Positions 54,276 through 64,000 of a stretch of DNA of 64,000 bases are shown piece after piece. The number at the start of each line of letters is the position of its first letter. Positions within the stretch are counted from its first letter, which is position 1. A model generated the notes under the pieces. The model searched no databases. It was not told the DNA's origin and saw only the letters and a program-made list of their open reading frames with translations. The DNA comes from Candidatus Parcubacteria bacterium (GTDB lineage Bacteria > Patescibacteriota > Minisyncoccia > Phycocordibacterales > JAKFXT01). The stretch is taken from contig JAIOOV010000004.1 in assembly GCA_021414235.1 (NCBI GenBank), positions 409,591 through 473,590 of the forward strand. The letters are read 5' to 3'. Made by a program: the position numbers and the translations under genes.

Positions 54276-55652
54276 TCAGCCCCTTGGATCGAAGATGGAA
54301 GGCTCAGTGACAGCGCCACTTAGGAAATCAGCGATCTTCCTGCCGCCATACACAGAAGGCAGGATGCCGATGCCGTTGCAGCCGAGGTTATAGAGAAGTA
54401 CCGGATTCGCGGGCTCCGGGCCGATGAGTCGGATGCCGTTCGGGGTGTAGCCCATGAGGCCGTGCCATTTAAACTTGAATTCGATCTGCTCCTTGGGCGA
54501 GTGCAGATGCGTCTTGTGCAGGAATGCGTCTATCTCCTTCCAGGCAGCCTCCGGATATGAGCGGTCGTGCGCATAGACATGCGTCTCCTCGATGGACTCC
54601 TGAGGGCCGCCCACACATACGAGGTTGTGTATTTCGCTCTTCTCGAGCTCGTAGGGCCTCCGGGTGAGGTAGAAATACGGCTCCTCGAGATAGATATCCT
54701 TCTGATGCACGAATTTCTCGGGGATGTAGCTGATCGCCGTCGGCGGTCGGTTCAAGGGCTCTATGTACCCCGCCATATAGCCGATGATGCCGCGCACCTC
54801 GTGATGGAACTTCTCATCGATATCCGGACCCGCCGTATTCTCAAGCGTTATCTTCTCGAAGCCGTTCGTACAGAGGACGACGCGGCCCGCCGTCACGGAG
54901 AATTCCTTGCCTACGAGGTCGGCTGCTCCGTCACGAAGCACGATACGCTCGACGCCAGAGTGCTCCGCAAGCATGAAGCGCGCGGGATATGTCGCCACGA
55001 GGTAACCAGCGAGCTCTTCGGTGAAGAGCGCACTGTTGAGGCAGCCTTTGCGCATGGAGAAGGCGGCGATGTAGCGTGAGTCCTTCGTCTCGAGGAGAGA
55101 GAGGATGTTCTCGCGCTCGGTCACCTGATAGAGGCCGGCGTACTCGGCAGGAATGCGTCCGAGGTCAGGAGCATCGGAGGCCAGGTAGATCGCCTCGCAA
55201 GGAAGCTCTGCGGACACCCGCAGAGCACAGGTCTTCAGGCGATCGAGCACCTGATCGAGCGACATGGAACCGTCATAGCCCATGAACTGGGACATCGGCG
55301 TAGAAAGACGCGCATCCGCATATATCTCGTCGAGGAGGCGCCAGGCGGATTCGATTTCTTTCTCCCCTTTCGCGGCGAGCTCCGCTCCGAATTCCTCCGC
55401 AATATCGAGGAACGGCCGTTCGAAGCGGCTCACCAACTGCCCCGCGTTATGCCCCGTCGCACCGTGCGAAACCTTGTACGCCTCGAGGAGGATGACCGAG
55501 GTAGACGTATTCTTGAGGGCGTAGTAGGCCGTGACTATGCCTGCGATCCCGCCGCCGACAATAGCGACATCCGCAGAGGCGTCTTCCGTGAGCTTGTTCA
55601 CCGGGCGCATTCGCTTCAGCTGATGGAGCCAGGGGGATAGGTTACCGGTCAT
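54276..55652 (-). CDS. FAD-dependent oxidoreductase (DAO family, glycine/D-amino-acid oxidase-like)
   Basis: Rossmann dinucleotide motif DVAIVGGGIAGIVTAYYAL and DAO-like layout. Start is ambiguous (ATG at 55652 or 55610). The track ORF extends to 55784 and would overlap the helicase gene. Confidence 0.7.
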   Translation of the reverse strand: MTGNLSPWLHQLKRMRPVNKLTEDASADVAIVGGGIAGIVTAYYALKNTSTSVILLEAYKVSHGATGHNAGQLVSRFERPFLDIAEEFGAELAAKGEKEIESAWRLLDEIYADARLSTPMSQFMGYDGSMSLDQVLDRLKTCALRVSAELPCEAIYLASDAPDLGRIPAEYAGLYQVTERENILSLLETKDSRYIAAFSMRKGCLNSALFTEELAGYLVATYPARFMLAEHSGVERIVLRDGAADLVGKEFSVTAGRVVLCTNGFEKITLENTAGPDIDEKFHHEVRGIIGYMAGYIEPLNRPPTAISYIPEKFVHQKDIYLEEPYFYLTRRPYELEKSEIHNLVCVGGPQESIEETHVYAHDRSYPEAAWKEIDAFLHKTHLHSPKEQIEFKFKWHGLMGYTPNGIRLIGPEPANPVLLYNLGCNGIGILPSVYGGRKIADFLSGAVTEPSIFDPRG

Positions 55653-55729
55653 ACAGGAAAAGATGAGTAGATTATAACAGAGTACGGCGGCAGGAGATCC
55701 GGAGAGGGAGAAGGCACTAAGATATGCGC

Positions 55730-58729
55730 TTAAGAGGACGTGTCGTCGCCTTTGAGCTCTTCTGATAACAGACAGTACTCGCAATCTTTTTTGTCACAGC
55801 GATTACCCCAGAAGGAAAGCATAGCGATTTCACTAGCCACACCCTTGATAACAGTCTCCAATTCTGTCACTTCCTCGTCTGTGGGCGCAAAGGATTCCCG
55901 ATGGAACTTACCTTTCTCATCTGGCTCGAGGAAATCTATCTCACCAGCTACCATGCGATATCTCTTGTCTGGCGCTTTAGCTAAGAGAAGCTTGTAAAAA
56001 ACCAGCTGTCGGTAGTAATTGCCGTCTGCATCCTTGGTCTTGCCCTCTAGCTGATTGCGGGTCTTCCACTTACCTGTCTTGTAGTCGGTCACGTTTACCT
56101 TCTCGCCATCAATAACTTCTACCCTGTCGAGAGTACCCTTGAGAGGAAAAGTTCTTTCTCCTTCCTTAAGCGCTATGCTCATCTCAACACCTTTAACCGC
56201 ATATTCAGATAGAATCGGCGGCTTCCAAGAAGTGCGCCATTCATTCCAATACCCCATGAGAGCTTTCTTCCCCTTGATGAGCGCGTCCTTCTGATCCGTG
56301 AGCGATAGTGGTTGTCTCTCCAGAGCGTTTTCAAAAGAAGCGATGAGACCGGGTAAAGAGATCTCTGCGCCCTTGCTTAAAGCAGAGAGCGTATCGCTAA
56401 GTGCCTTGTGCATGGCAGTGCCATAGAGCTGGTGCTTGGTCTCTATCTGGGGCACGCGCACCAAGTTCACGAAAAAGTAGCGCCACGGACAAGCGAGATA
56501 GTTATTAAGCGCAGAGACGGAGAGCCCCTGCTCGAAGAAGCGTTCGCGGAGGTACTCTTTGTCCGCGATAGAGGGGCCTTGTGGAAGAGCAGCGGCGAAG
56601 CTTGATTCGGAAATCGCAGGAAGTAAGACTTCCTCGCGAGTAAGAAGAGAGGGATCAATCTCAGAGAGGAATTGCGATGGCGCGTTGTCCCGACCATCGC
56701 CATTGCGGGCCGCGTAGCTGATGACCGCCTCCTCCTTGGCCCGAGTAAGGGCCACATAGAAGAGCCTACGCTCATCCTCCACTCCACCCTTGCCTACTCC
56801 TACGATGGGCAGAGCACCAAAGTGAGTTCGGCTGCGGCCACCGCCCCAGGAGCGCTCGTCTGCTCCGGTGATATATACCCGCTCGAACTCTAGTCCCTTG
56901 GCGCGATGCGCAGTCATCAGGCGCACCGCTCCTCTATCCTTTGGCGCGCTGTAGCGGATGGGTAGGTTGTAGCGCGAGAGCATATCTAGATGCTCCAGGA
57001 AACCGGCGAGTGTCTGCCCCGGATCTGCCTTGAGCGCTTCGCGCGCTTCTGCGAGGAGCTGATGGAATTTGGCGAGAAGCTCTGCTGAATTGGAGCGAGA
57101 GAGGATGTGCCGGAGGAAACCAGACTCGCGAAAAAGCTCCTCGAGCGTGTGGAGCGAATCGTTGTTCTTGGAGGTCACTGCAAAGCGAAGCATGTTGCGG
57201 CTGAAGTCCAGCCACGGAGCCGCCTCTTGTATGCCTGCCTCGGTGAGAAGTCGCGCACTGGAGCAGATCTCCAGAAGAGGAAGGTGATGCTTGCGCGCGA
57301 AGGCCAGAAGCCTAAAACCTTCCAGTGTCGGGAGCTTCCAGAAATCTAGGAAGATGAGTTCACCGATGTTGGCATCCGTAGGCTCTACGGCAGAGCGTGC
57401 TAGAAGAAGGAATTTGCGAATCTCCCTATTAGCCAGCACATTGCGCTCCGACTCTATCTGATATCGCACACCCTTCTTGGCGAGAGCTTCGCCGAGAGGC
57501 ATAGCGTCATCGTTGTGACGATACAGGATCGCTATCTCATTCGGCGTAACGCCCGCAGCTATAGCTTCAGACACAGAGGCAGCTACCCCATCTGCTTCAG
57601 ACGGCTCGTCCGGATACTCGCGAAGAATCAGCTTGGCCTTCTCCTTCTTCTGCGCTACTAGCGGGATGCGCAAATCACTCCCCTCCGCACTCGCAGATTT
57701 CATGAGGCTGTGTGCGCTGTCGAGAATCGTCTGGCCAGAGCGGTAGTTGTCAGTGAGGGCTACTACCACAGCCTTCGGATACTTTTGTTTGAAATATAAG
57801 AAGTTCTCAAGAGAGGCTCCCTGGAAGCGAAAGATGGCCTGCTTCTCGTCGCCGACAATGAAGAGGTTGGGGCTCTCATGAAAATCAGAGAGGAGCTCTA
57901 GGATACGATTCTGCGCGCCGTTGGCATCCTGGTGCTCGTCCGCGAGGAGATACTGGTATTCCTCCTGGAGGCTACGCAGGAAATCCACTTTGGCCTCGAG
58001 CGCGCGGATAAGCTCCAGCAGCATGTCCTCGTAGTCGTAGCGCCGTTCTTTAGCGAGCGCTTTCTCGTAAGCGTCATAGAGAACAAGCAGTTCTTTGTTC
58101 TTGGCTATCTGCTTGGCCAGATCACGAAATTCGCCCTTCATCTCTCCCTTGTAGCGGCCTTTCTCGTGGATCTTGTCTGGCGTATCGATGTACTCCTGCT
58201 CCTGCTTCTTGAGGAGCACGGCGAAGCGCTCGGCAGTCACGTTCTCCCGCTTCATGGATTGGATGGCGGAGAGCGCGGGCTTTACGTAGTAGAGCGGGTC
58301 GCCCCAAGGTCGCAGCAATTCCAGGCTCTCTTCCTTCTCCAAGATCTTCTCCATAAGACGAATCTGTTCCGTCTCTGTAAGAGCAGTGCCGCCGATGATG
58401 CGTGGGAATTCTTCTGGATAGCGGCGGATGATCTCGTTGGCAAAGCCGTGGAAGGTATGGATATGTACGCGATACCCCTCCGCTCCCATGATGGAGACGA
58501 GACGTGCACGCATGGCGGAGACGCCGGACTCGGTGAAGGTGAGCGCCAGGATGCTATCTGGAGACGCATCCGTCTTTTTTAAAATGTTGGCAATACGGAG
58601 CGTAAGTATCTGCGTCTTACCGGTACCAGGACCCGCAATGACCATCACCGGCCCCTCCACCGTATCCACCGCCTCTCTCTGGGCAGGGTTCAGCTTCTTG
58701 TAGAGCGCATTAAAGGAATCGTTGGTCAC
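55730..58729 (-). CDS. UvrD/PcrA-type helicase fused to C-terminal PD-(D/E)XK (RecB/AddA-like) nuclease
   Basis: Helicase motif I AGPGTGKTQIL and UvrD-like motifs throughout. The C-terminus has the VTDYKTGK nuclease motif and CDKKDCEYC cysteines. 999 aa, GTG start. Confidence 0.85.
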   Translation of the reverse strand: MTNDSFNALYKKLNPAQREAVDTVEGPVMVIAGPGTGKTQILTLRIANILKKTDASPDSILALTFTESGVSAMRARLVSIMGAEGYRVHIHTFHGFANEIIRRYPEEFPRIIGGTALTETEQIRLMEKILEKEESLELLRPWGDPLYYVKPALSAIQSMKRENVTAERFAVLLKKQEQEYIDTPDKIHEKGRYKGEMKGEFRDLAKQIAKNKELLVLYDAYEKALAKERRYDYEDMLLELIRALEAKVDFLRSLQEEYQYLLADEHQDANGAQNRILELLSDFHESPNLFIVGDEKQAIFRFQGASLENFLYFKQKYPKAVVVALTDNYRSGQTILDSAHSLMKSASAEGSDLRIPLVAQKKEKAKLILREYPDEPSEADGVAASVSEAIAAGVTPNEIAILYRHNDDAMPLGEALAKKGVRYQIESERNVLANREIRKFLLLARSAVEPTDANIGELIFLDFWKLPTLEGFRLLAFARKHHLPLLEICSSARLLTEAGIQEAAPWLDFSRNMLRFAVTSKNNDSLHTLEELFRESGFLRHILSRSNSAELLAKFHQLLAEAREALKADPGQTLAGFLEHLDMLSRYNLPIRYSAPKDRGAVRLMTAHRAKGLEFERVYITGADERSWGGGRSRTHFGALPIVGVGKGGVEDERRLFYVALTRAKEEAVISYAARNGDGRDNAPSQFLSEIDPSLLTREEVLLPAISESSFAAALPQGPSIADKEYLRERFFEQGLSVSALNNYLACPWRYFFVNLVRVPQIETKHQLYGTAMHKALSDTLSALSKGAEISLPGLIASFENALERQPLSLTDQKDALIKGKKALMGYWNEWRTSWKPPILSEYAVKGVEMSIALKEGERTFPLKGTLDRVEVIDGEKVNVTDYKTGKWKTRNQLEGKTKDADGNYYRQLVFYKLLLAKAPDKRYRMVAGEIDFLEPDEKGKFHRESFAPTDEEVTELETVIKGVASEIAMLSFWGNRCDKKDCEYCLLSEELKGDDTSS

Positions 58730-59011
58730 GCAGGCATTGTAACAGACTCAAAGTCGTCCCAAGAAGGACGACTTTGACAATAATTAAAATAAATGGTATC
58801 GATAATTCATGCAGCAAGTAATGCACAACTGGGTCCGCGGGAACACCTCCTACAAGGGAGGGCTTATTCCCCTTTTCTCCAATGGATTTTGGAGAGCCCA
58901 GGCGCATTAACTTCTACTAACTCCTCAAGTTTTTGATGCTCCTCGGCTCTACGAAAGCCGAGGAGTTTTCATTTCGCAGAGCATGTTCCTTAACAAAGAG
59001 AGGATACGTCT

Positions 59012-59581
59012 ATGACCATGGATCGCATCGTCTTCCGCACAGGTAAGAAGACCCTTCTTGTCCTCCCAGAAGAGAAGGATGAACGGCAGTTCGCCTGTTG
59101 GATCAACGACTACGATACCGCGCAGTTCCTGGGAGTCCCGCGCTCGATGAGCCTCGTGCAGGAACACGAATTCTTGACTCGTATCCTGAAGAACCGCGAC
59201 AAGGAAGAAGTCTTCTGCCTCGCACTTCATTCCGGCGAGATCATAGGAATGATGGGGCTGCATAACATCAATCTCATCAACCGGACAGCAGTCACCGGAG
59301 CCTACATCGGCAATCCAAAGTACCGGAGCGGTGGCTATGGCTCTGACGCCAAGATGCAACTCCTCTACTACGCCTTCGTCGAACTCGGGCTCCGTAAAGT
59401 GAATTCCTCCGCTCTCGGAACAAACAAACGAAGCATCGCCTACCTCGAAAAGACTGGTTACAAGGTCTGGGGCGTAAACAAGAAGGAGTGCTTCCGCGGC
59501 GGGAAGATCGTGGACCAAGTCCATCTCGCCGTTACCAAAGAAGACTTCATGCCTCTCTGGCGGGGATATTCCCGCTCCTAA
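59012..59581 (+). CDS. GNAT family N-acetyltransferase (RimL/RimJ-like)
   Basis: 189 aa. Acetyl-CoA binding segment (IGNPKYRSGGYGSDAKMQLLYYAFVELGLRKV) typical of GNAT. AAGAGAGGA RBS. Confidence 0.75.
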   Translation: MTMDRIVFRTGKKTLLVLPEEKDERQFACWINDYDTAQFLGVPRSMSLVQEHEFLTRILKNRDKEEVFCLALHSGEIIGMMGLHNINLINRTAVTGAYIGNPKYRSGGYGSDAKMQLLYYAFVELGLRKVNSSALGTNKRSIAYLEKTGYKVWGVNKKECFRGGKIVDQVHLAVTKEDFMPLWRGYSRS

Positions 59582-59587
59582 AAGCAA

Positions 59588-59624
59588 AATACCCTCTCGC
59601 CACTAGCGAGAGGGTATTTTTTAT
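59588..59624. terminator. bidirectional rho-independent terminator
   Basis: Stem TACCCTCTCGC-CACT-AGCGAGAGGGTA followed by TTTTTTATT. Lies between the convergent GNAT and rpoD genes. Confidence 0.65.
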
Positions 59625-60883
59625 TAGTAATTCCTCAACCTATTCGACTTCTGGTGCTCCCGTATCTTGCTATGCGCTTTGGCCTCGATCTGGCGGATAC
59701 GCTCGCGGGTAACGCCGAATTCCTTACCTACTTCTTCAAGCGTATGGGTGATGCCATCAAGTAATCCGTTTCTCATTTCCAAAATCTTGCGTTCCTTCGG
59801 CGAGAGATCGTCCAGGATTTCCTTCACCTGATCGGCCAGGATGCGCTGGGAGGTCTCCTGATCCGGCGAGAGGATCTTGTCGTCTGCAATGAAGTCGCCG
59901 AGCACGGACTGACCCGCGTCTCCACTCTCTTCACCTACCGGCGTCTCGAGAGAAACCGTCTCCTGGTTGATCTGTTCAATGTTGTAAATCTTCTCCACTT
60001 CCACACCCATCTCAGTAGCAATCTCATCCGGCAGCGGATCACGCCCAAGGTCCTGAGAGAGGCGGCGTACCACCTGCTTGTACTTGGCGATGGTCTCCAC
60101 CATGTGCACCGGGATACGAATAGTGCGAGACTGGTCGGCCAAAGCGCGAGTGATGGCCTGGCGGATCCACCAGGTGGCGTAGGTAGAGAATTTGAAGCCC
60201 TTGGAGTAGTCGAACTTATCTACCGCCTTGAAGAGGCCGAGGTTACCTTCCTGGATTAGGTCGAGGAGGGTGAGGTCCGGAGAGCGACCTACGTACTTCT
60301 TGGCGATGGAAACCACGAGACGGAGGTTGGCGCGAGCCAGGAGGTTCTTGGCCTCGATATCCCCTTCCACGATACGCTTGGCGAGCGCACGCTCTTCCGC
60401 AGCAGAGAGGAGCGGGTACTGACCGATCTCCTTGAGATACATCTGGATGGAGTCATATGCTCCGCCAACACGGCCTTCTCCATAGGAATATTTCTTGTTC
60501 TCCGGCTCCACTTCAATGTTGAGCATGCCGCCGCCCTCGAGCACGTCGATACTCGCTGCACTGAATTTCTCATACAGCTCATCGAGGAACATGAGATCTT
60601 CTTCGACGTTCGGGAACTCGCGCAAGATTTCGTCGTAGGTGACGAAGCCGCGCGCGCGACCCTTGGCGATGAGACGATCCGCGCGAAGCGAAGACTCGCG
60701 CTCCTTGCGGGAAGCCTTGGCAGACTTCGGAGCAGCAGATTTCTTGCTGGCCTTAGGCTTGGCAAGCTTCTTGAGATTCTTGGCCTTGAGCTTGGCGAAG
60801 GCTGCACGTGCCTGAGCTTTCTTGTCGGGCTTTGCACGGGTGACTTTCTTAGCGGAAGTTTTCTTGGTTTTTTTCATATGCAA
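59624..60883 (-). CDS. rpoD: RNA polymerase primary sigma factor (sigma-70)
   Basis: Region 2.4 [13 protein letters not shown], region 3, and region 4.2 ([22 protein letters not shown]). Lys/Ala-rich N-terminal tail. 419 aa. Confidence 0.95.
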   Translation of the reverse strand: MHMKKTKKTSAKKVTRAKPDKKAQARAAFAKLKAKNLKKLAKPKASKKSAAPKSAKASRKERESSLRADRLIAKGRARGFVTYDEILREFPNVEEDLMFLDELYEKFSAASIDVLEGGGMLNIEVEPENKKYSYGEGRVGGAYDSIQMYLKEIGQYPLLSAAEERALAKRIVEGDIEAKNLLARANLRLVVSIAKKYVGRSPDLTLLDLIQEGNLGLFKAVDKFDYSKGFKFSTYATWWIRQAITRALADQSRTIRIPVHMVETIAKYKQVVRRLSQDLGRDPLPDEIATEMGVEVEKIYNIEQINQETVSLETPVGEESGDAGQSVLGDFIADDKILSPDQETSQRILADQVKEILDDLSPKERKILEMRNGLLDGITHTLEEVGKEFGVTRERIRQIEAKAHSKIREHQKSNRLRNY

Positions 60884-60890
60884 ATGATGA

Positions 60891-62609
60891 TTAGGACTGC
60901 ATTCGGGCGTCTATCTCCGAGAGTCTCCTCGCGGCATTCCGGCTCTCCTCAAGGAGCGTCGCGGTCCGCTCTGTGCTTCCGGCGCGTTCAGATTCAGTAA
61001 GGTTAAAACGAAGAATGTCTATTGCTTGGCGCAATGACTCGCGCTCTAAACGAAGAAGCAGGTCGTTTATTACCTGCGGCAGATCAGCCACTTGAGCATA
61101 GAGCAATTCCGCCTGAAAAACAAGCTTATTCCTCAGATTCTCGTCCTCTCCGAGGCTAGCTGCTTCCGGCGCAAGCGCTAAGAGCCGTCTCTTCAAGTCC
61201 ATCGCTTCCTCTACCCTTCCCTGGCTCCCCTCAAGCCACCAGAGGATGCTGCAGAGCGTGTGGAGCAGTACCTCCTTGTGCGGACGGAGTGCTTCTTCTG
61301 CACGCGCTACCGCAGGCGCTAATGCAGAAGGCTGCGCGCGGAAACTCTCCACTTCCTGTCGCACCGCATCCTCCGGCAGATGCACCGCCTGGGCTACGCG
61401 CGCAGTGAAGTGCGCGCGATCCATGGGCTTTGCGATGAGGGCGACGTATGGCAGCACGGTGGCAGAGACAGCAAGGCGTCGCTTACGCTCGTCCTTCTCT
61501 TTGTCGAGCACGATCTTGAGATAGTAATCGACGATATGCACGGCGCTCTTGACCGCTTCCTTCCAGAGTTCGGGATCGGCTTGGATGAGATCCGCCGGGT
61601 CCTTACCCTGAGAGAGGAGCGCTACCTTCACATCAAGTCCGCGGCGAAGCGCGAGTGTTGCAGAGCGTCCCGCCGCAGCGATCCCTGCCTTGTCGGTATC
61701 AAGTGCGAGCACCAAGCGATCCGTGAGACGCAAGAGCTGATCCACGTGCTCGTCAGTAAGCGCAGTACCAGAGAGCGCCACCGCATTCCGGTAGCCTGCC
61801 TGGTGCGACATGACCAGATCCATCTGACCTTCCACCAATATGGCGAAGCTCCATTTGCGAATCGCCTCTTTGGCCTTGTCGAAGCCATAGAGCACTTTCG
61901 ATTTGGAGAAGAGCGGTGTCTCCGGGGAGTTAATGTACTTCGCCGGCTCTTCCTTCCCCTGCGGGATATCGAAGACGCGTCCGGAGAATGCGATCACCCG
62001 CCCGGACGTATCCATGAGCGGAAACATGATGCGTCCGCGGAAGCGGTCATACACCCGATCTCCTCCCTCAGTCGCACGCTTAGCAAGCCCTGCTTTCTCG
62101 ATGAGCGCCTCGGGGAAGCCCTTGCGAACAAGGTGCTCAGTGAGAGAACGCCACTCCGGCAGCGCATAGCCGATACGGAAAGAATCGAGTGTCGCCTCCG
62201 TGAGCCCGCGCTTCATGATGTACTCTCGCGGCGCAGGATGCGCCGCGAGATTCGCCTTGAAGTAACTCGCAGCCTCTTCCATCACCCGGAAGAGCTCCTC
62301 CCTCTCATCACGCTCCTTGGGGTCCTCCCGCACCAGCTCGATGCCCGCTTTCTCCGCGAGCATCTTGAGCGCCCCCCTGAAGTCCACACCTTCGTAGCGC
62401 TCCACGAAGGTGAAGATATCTCCCTTCGCTTCACAGCCGAAGCAGTAGAAGCTGTTGCGCGTCGGAGACACGTAGAAGGATGGTGTCTTCTCGTTGTGGA
62501 AGGGGCAGCGTGCACGGAAACTGCCTCCCGCTTTTTCAAGCTTGATGTAGGAGCTCACCACCTCGGCGATGCTCAACCTCTCTTTGATGAGTTCAGCGTT
62601 GCTGCGCAT
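60891..62609 (-). CDS. dnaG: DNA primase
   Basis: Zinc-binding domain [13 protein letters not shown]...CFGC and a TOPRIM domain ([14 protein letters not shown]). Confidence 0.9.
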   Translation of the reverse strand: MRSNAELIKERLSIAEVVSSYIKLEKAGGSFRARCPFHNEKTPSFYVSPTRNSFYCFGCEAKGDIFTFVERYEGVDFRGALKMLAEKAGIELVREDPKERDEREELFRVMEEAASYFKANLAAHPAPREYIMKRGLTEATLDSFRIGYALPEWRSLTEHLVRKGFPEALIEKAGLAKRATEGGDRVYDRFRGRIMFPLMDTSGRVIAFSGRVFDIPQGKEEPAKYINSPETPLFSKSKVLYGFDKAKEAIRKWSFAILVEGQMDLVMSHQAGYRNAVALSGTALTDEHVDQLLRLTDRLVLALDTDKAGIAAAGRSATLALRRGLDVKVALLSQGKDPADLIQADPELWKEAVKSAVHIVDYYLKIVLDKEKDERKRRLAVSATVLPYVALIAKPMDRAHFTARVAQAVHLPEDAVRQEVESFRAQPSALAPAVARAEEALRPHKEVLLHTLCSILWWLEGSQGRVEEAMDLKRRLLALAPEAASLGEDENLRNKLVFQAELLYAQVADLPQVINDLLLRLERESLRQAIDILRFNLTESERAGSTERTATLLEESRNAARRLSEIDARMQS

Positions 62610-62634
62610 GGCAGGGGTCTACCCCCGATTAGCT

Positions 62635-64000
62635 CTAACGCGATGCCTCGTCGGCTACCTTCTCGATCATTTTCTGCTTGGGAGATCCGCGGAATCCGGT
62701 ACCGGCGGGGATGAGGCGTCCGATGATGACATTTTCCTTGAGTCCTATGAGGTCGTCCTGCGCTCCACGTACGGCGGCGGAGATGAGGATCTTAGTGGTG
62801 TGCTGGAAGGAAGCGGCAGAGAGGAAGCTCTTACGAGAGAGGGAGACTTCCTGGATACCCATAGCGAGCGTGTTAGCCTCGGCCTTCTCGCCTCCGGCAG
62901 CTTCTGCACGCGCATTCTCGCGATCGAAGTGATACGTATCCGTAATCTCGTTGACCGAGAAGGAGGTATCGCCCTTCTTAACGACACGGCGGCGGGAGAA
63001 CATCTGGCGGATGATAACCTCGATGTGCTTGCGGGAGATGGAGGCACCCTGAAGCTCGTAGATCTTGGAGATCTCGTGGATGATGTAGTTCTCCGTCTTC
63101 TCCTTGCCCGCGTACTGGAAGAGCTCTTCGATGTCAGCGGAGCCGTCGGTGAGGAGCTGTCCTTTGACGATCTTCTCGCCTACGGAGACGAGCGGCGTGC
63201 GTCTGAAATGCACGGTGTACTCGATGGCTTCCTTGGCCTTCTTGCCCTTGCGGTCCTCCAGGTCAGGCATGACTACGAGGATCTTCTCCTTGCCGTCGTT
63301 CTTGATCTCCATGATTTCGCCGTTTACACGGGAGATGACTGCCGGGTTCTTGGGGAGGCGGCGCTCGAAGACTTCTTCGACGCGCGGCAGACCCTGAGTG
63401 ATGTCGCCGCCGACGGATGCGGTTCCTCCTGCATGGAAGGTACGCATGGTGAGCTGAGTGCCCGGCTCGCCGATGGCCTGAGCGGCCACGGTACCTACGG
63501 CTTCACCGATGGCGATCGGCTGGTTGTTACCGAGGTCTGCGCCATAGCACTTCTGACAGATGCCGGTAGGCGTTGCACAGGTGAGCGGAGAGCGCACCAT
63601 CACTTCAGCCACTCCTGCAGCCTCTACAGATTCTGCATCCTTGTGAGTGAGGAAGTGTCCGCGCTTGAAGAGAGTCTCACCGGAAGCATTCACGATGTCG
63701 GAGGCGAGATAGCGTCCGCGGATACCTTTGGCGAGCGAGATCTCGATACCAGAGGCGCTCTTCTTGGTGATGAGGGTGCCGAGCTTAGTACCACAGTCTT
63801 CCTCAGAGACAACCACGTCCTGAGCCACATCGAAGAGACGACGGGTGAGGTAGCCGGCGCGGGAAGTGTTGAGCGCGGTGTCGGAGAGACCCTTACGTGC
63901 ACCGTGAGTGGAGATGAAGTACTCGATCGGAGTGAGGCCTTCCTTAGCGGAAGAGAGAATCGGGAATTCCATGGTCTCGCCGGCAGTGTTCTGGATGAGA
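62635..64000 (-). CDS. rpoC: DNA-directed RNA polymerase subunit beta' (C-terminal part; gene continues beyond window)
   Basis: Beta' C-terminal conserved segments ([53 protein letters not shown]). The reading frame runs to the window edge. Confidence 0.9.
   Translation of the reverse strand, partial: LIQNTAGETMEFPILSSAKEGLTPIEYFISTHGARKGLSDTALNTSRAGYLTRRLFDVAQDVVVSEEDCGTKLGTLITKKSASGIEISLAKGIRGRYLASDIVNASGETLFKRGHFLTHKDAESVEAAGVAEVMVRSPLTCATPTGICQKCYGADLGNNQPIAIGEAVGTVAAQAIGEPGTQLTMRTFHAGGTASVGGDITQGLPRVEEVFERRLPKNPAVISRVNGEIMEIKNDGKEKILVVMPDLEDRKGKKAKEAIEYTVHFRRTPLVSVGEKIVKGQLLTDGSADIEELFQYAGKEKTENYIIHEISKIYELQGASISRKHIEVIIRQMFSRRRVVKKGDTSFSVNEITDTYHFDRENARAEAAGGEKAEANTLAMGIQEVSLSRKSFLSAASFQHTTKILISAAVRGAQDDLIGLKENVIIGRLIPAGTGFRGSPKQKMIEKVADEASR

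Noticed and set aside
58949-59587. 212-aa minus-strand ORF overlapping the GNAT gene
   Set aside because: Antisense to a well-supported GNAT acetyltransferase with RBS and terminator. No motifs.

Overview
This 64-kb window from a compact bacterial genome (~58% GC) is densely packed with housekeeping genes, mostly on the minus strand. Several proteins are shorter than their usual forms (AlaRS without the C-terminal domain, UvrC without the helix-hairpin-helix domain, an 80-aa ATP synthase epsilon subunit, prephenate dehydratase without the ACT domain). Together with tight start/stop overlaps this suggests a reduced genome of the Patescibacteria/CPR type, although no taxonomic assignment can be made from sequence alone.

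Annotated content:
- A long minus-strand operon rich in DNA-repair genes: a Cas4-like nuclease, MGMT, family-4 UDG, an HD-domain (p)ppGpp-hydrolase-like protein, a small DMT/EamA-type membrane protein, PepF, prephenate dehydratase, AlaRS, and an AT-rich HEPN-like gene translationally coupled to alaS.
- MgtC, an ATP-cone/PD-(D/E)XK nuclease fusion, MnmA, two MltG paralogs, LeuRS, YchF, and an RND efflux pair.
- An RCC1-repeat protein, the complete F1Fo ATP synthase operon (atpBEFHAGDC), and four tRNAs (Pro-CGG, Leu-TAG, Ala-GGC, Ala-TGC).
- Ddl, UvrC, Fpg, UvrA, UvrB, Tgt, TypA, an FAD oxidoreductase, an AddA/PcrA-like helicase-nuclease, a GNAT acetyltransferase, and rpoD-dnaG preceded by the 3' end of rpoC.

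Most notable observations:
1. A complete NUDIX hydrolase fold (perfect Nudix box) inserted in-frame into leucyl-tRNA synthetase.
2. A ~33% GC HEPN-motif gene wedged between alkB and alaS, with ATGA overlap to the alaS stop.
3. A ~0.5-kb GC3-saturated single-gene island beside tRNA-Ala.
4. An ATP-cone/restriction-endonuclease-fold fusion.
5. A protein with N-terminal sigma-70 region 4 next to a large conserved hypothetical.
6. A recurring TTGACTTT-type promoter ahead of three membrane/secreted-protein genes.
7. Two structured intergenic regions that may encode RNAs.

No CRISPR array, rRNA or obvious transposon was seen. Hand-counted coordinates of small features may be off by 1-2 nt.
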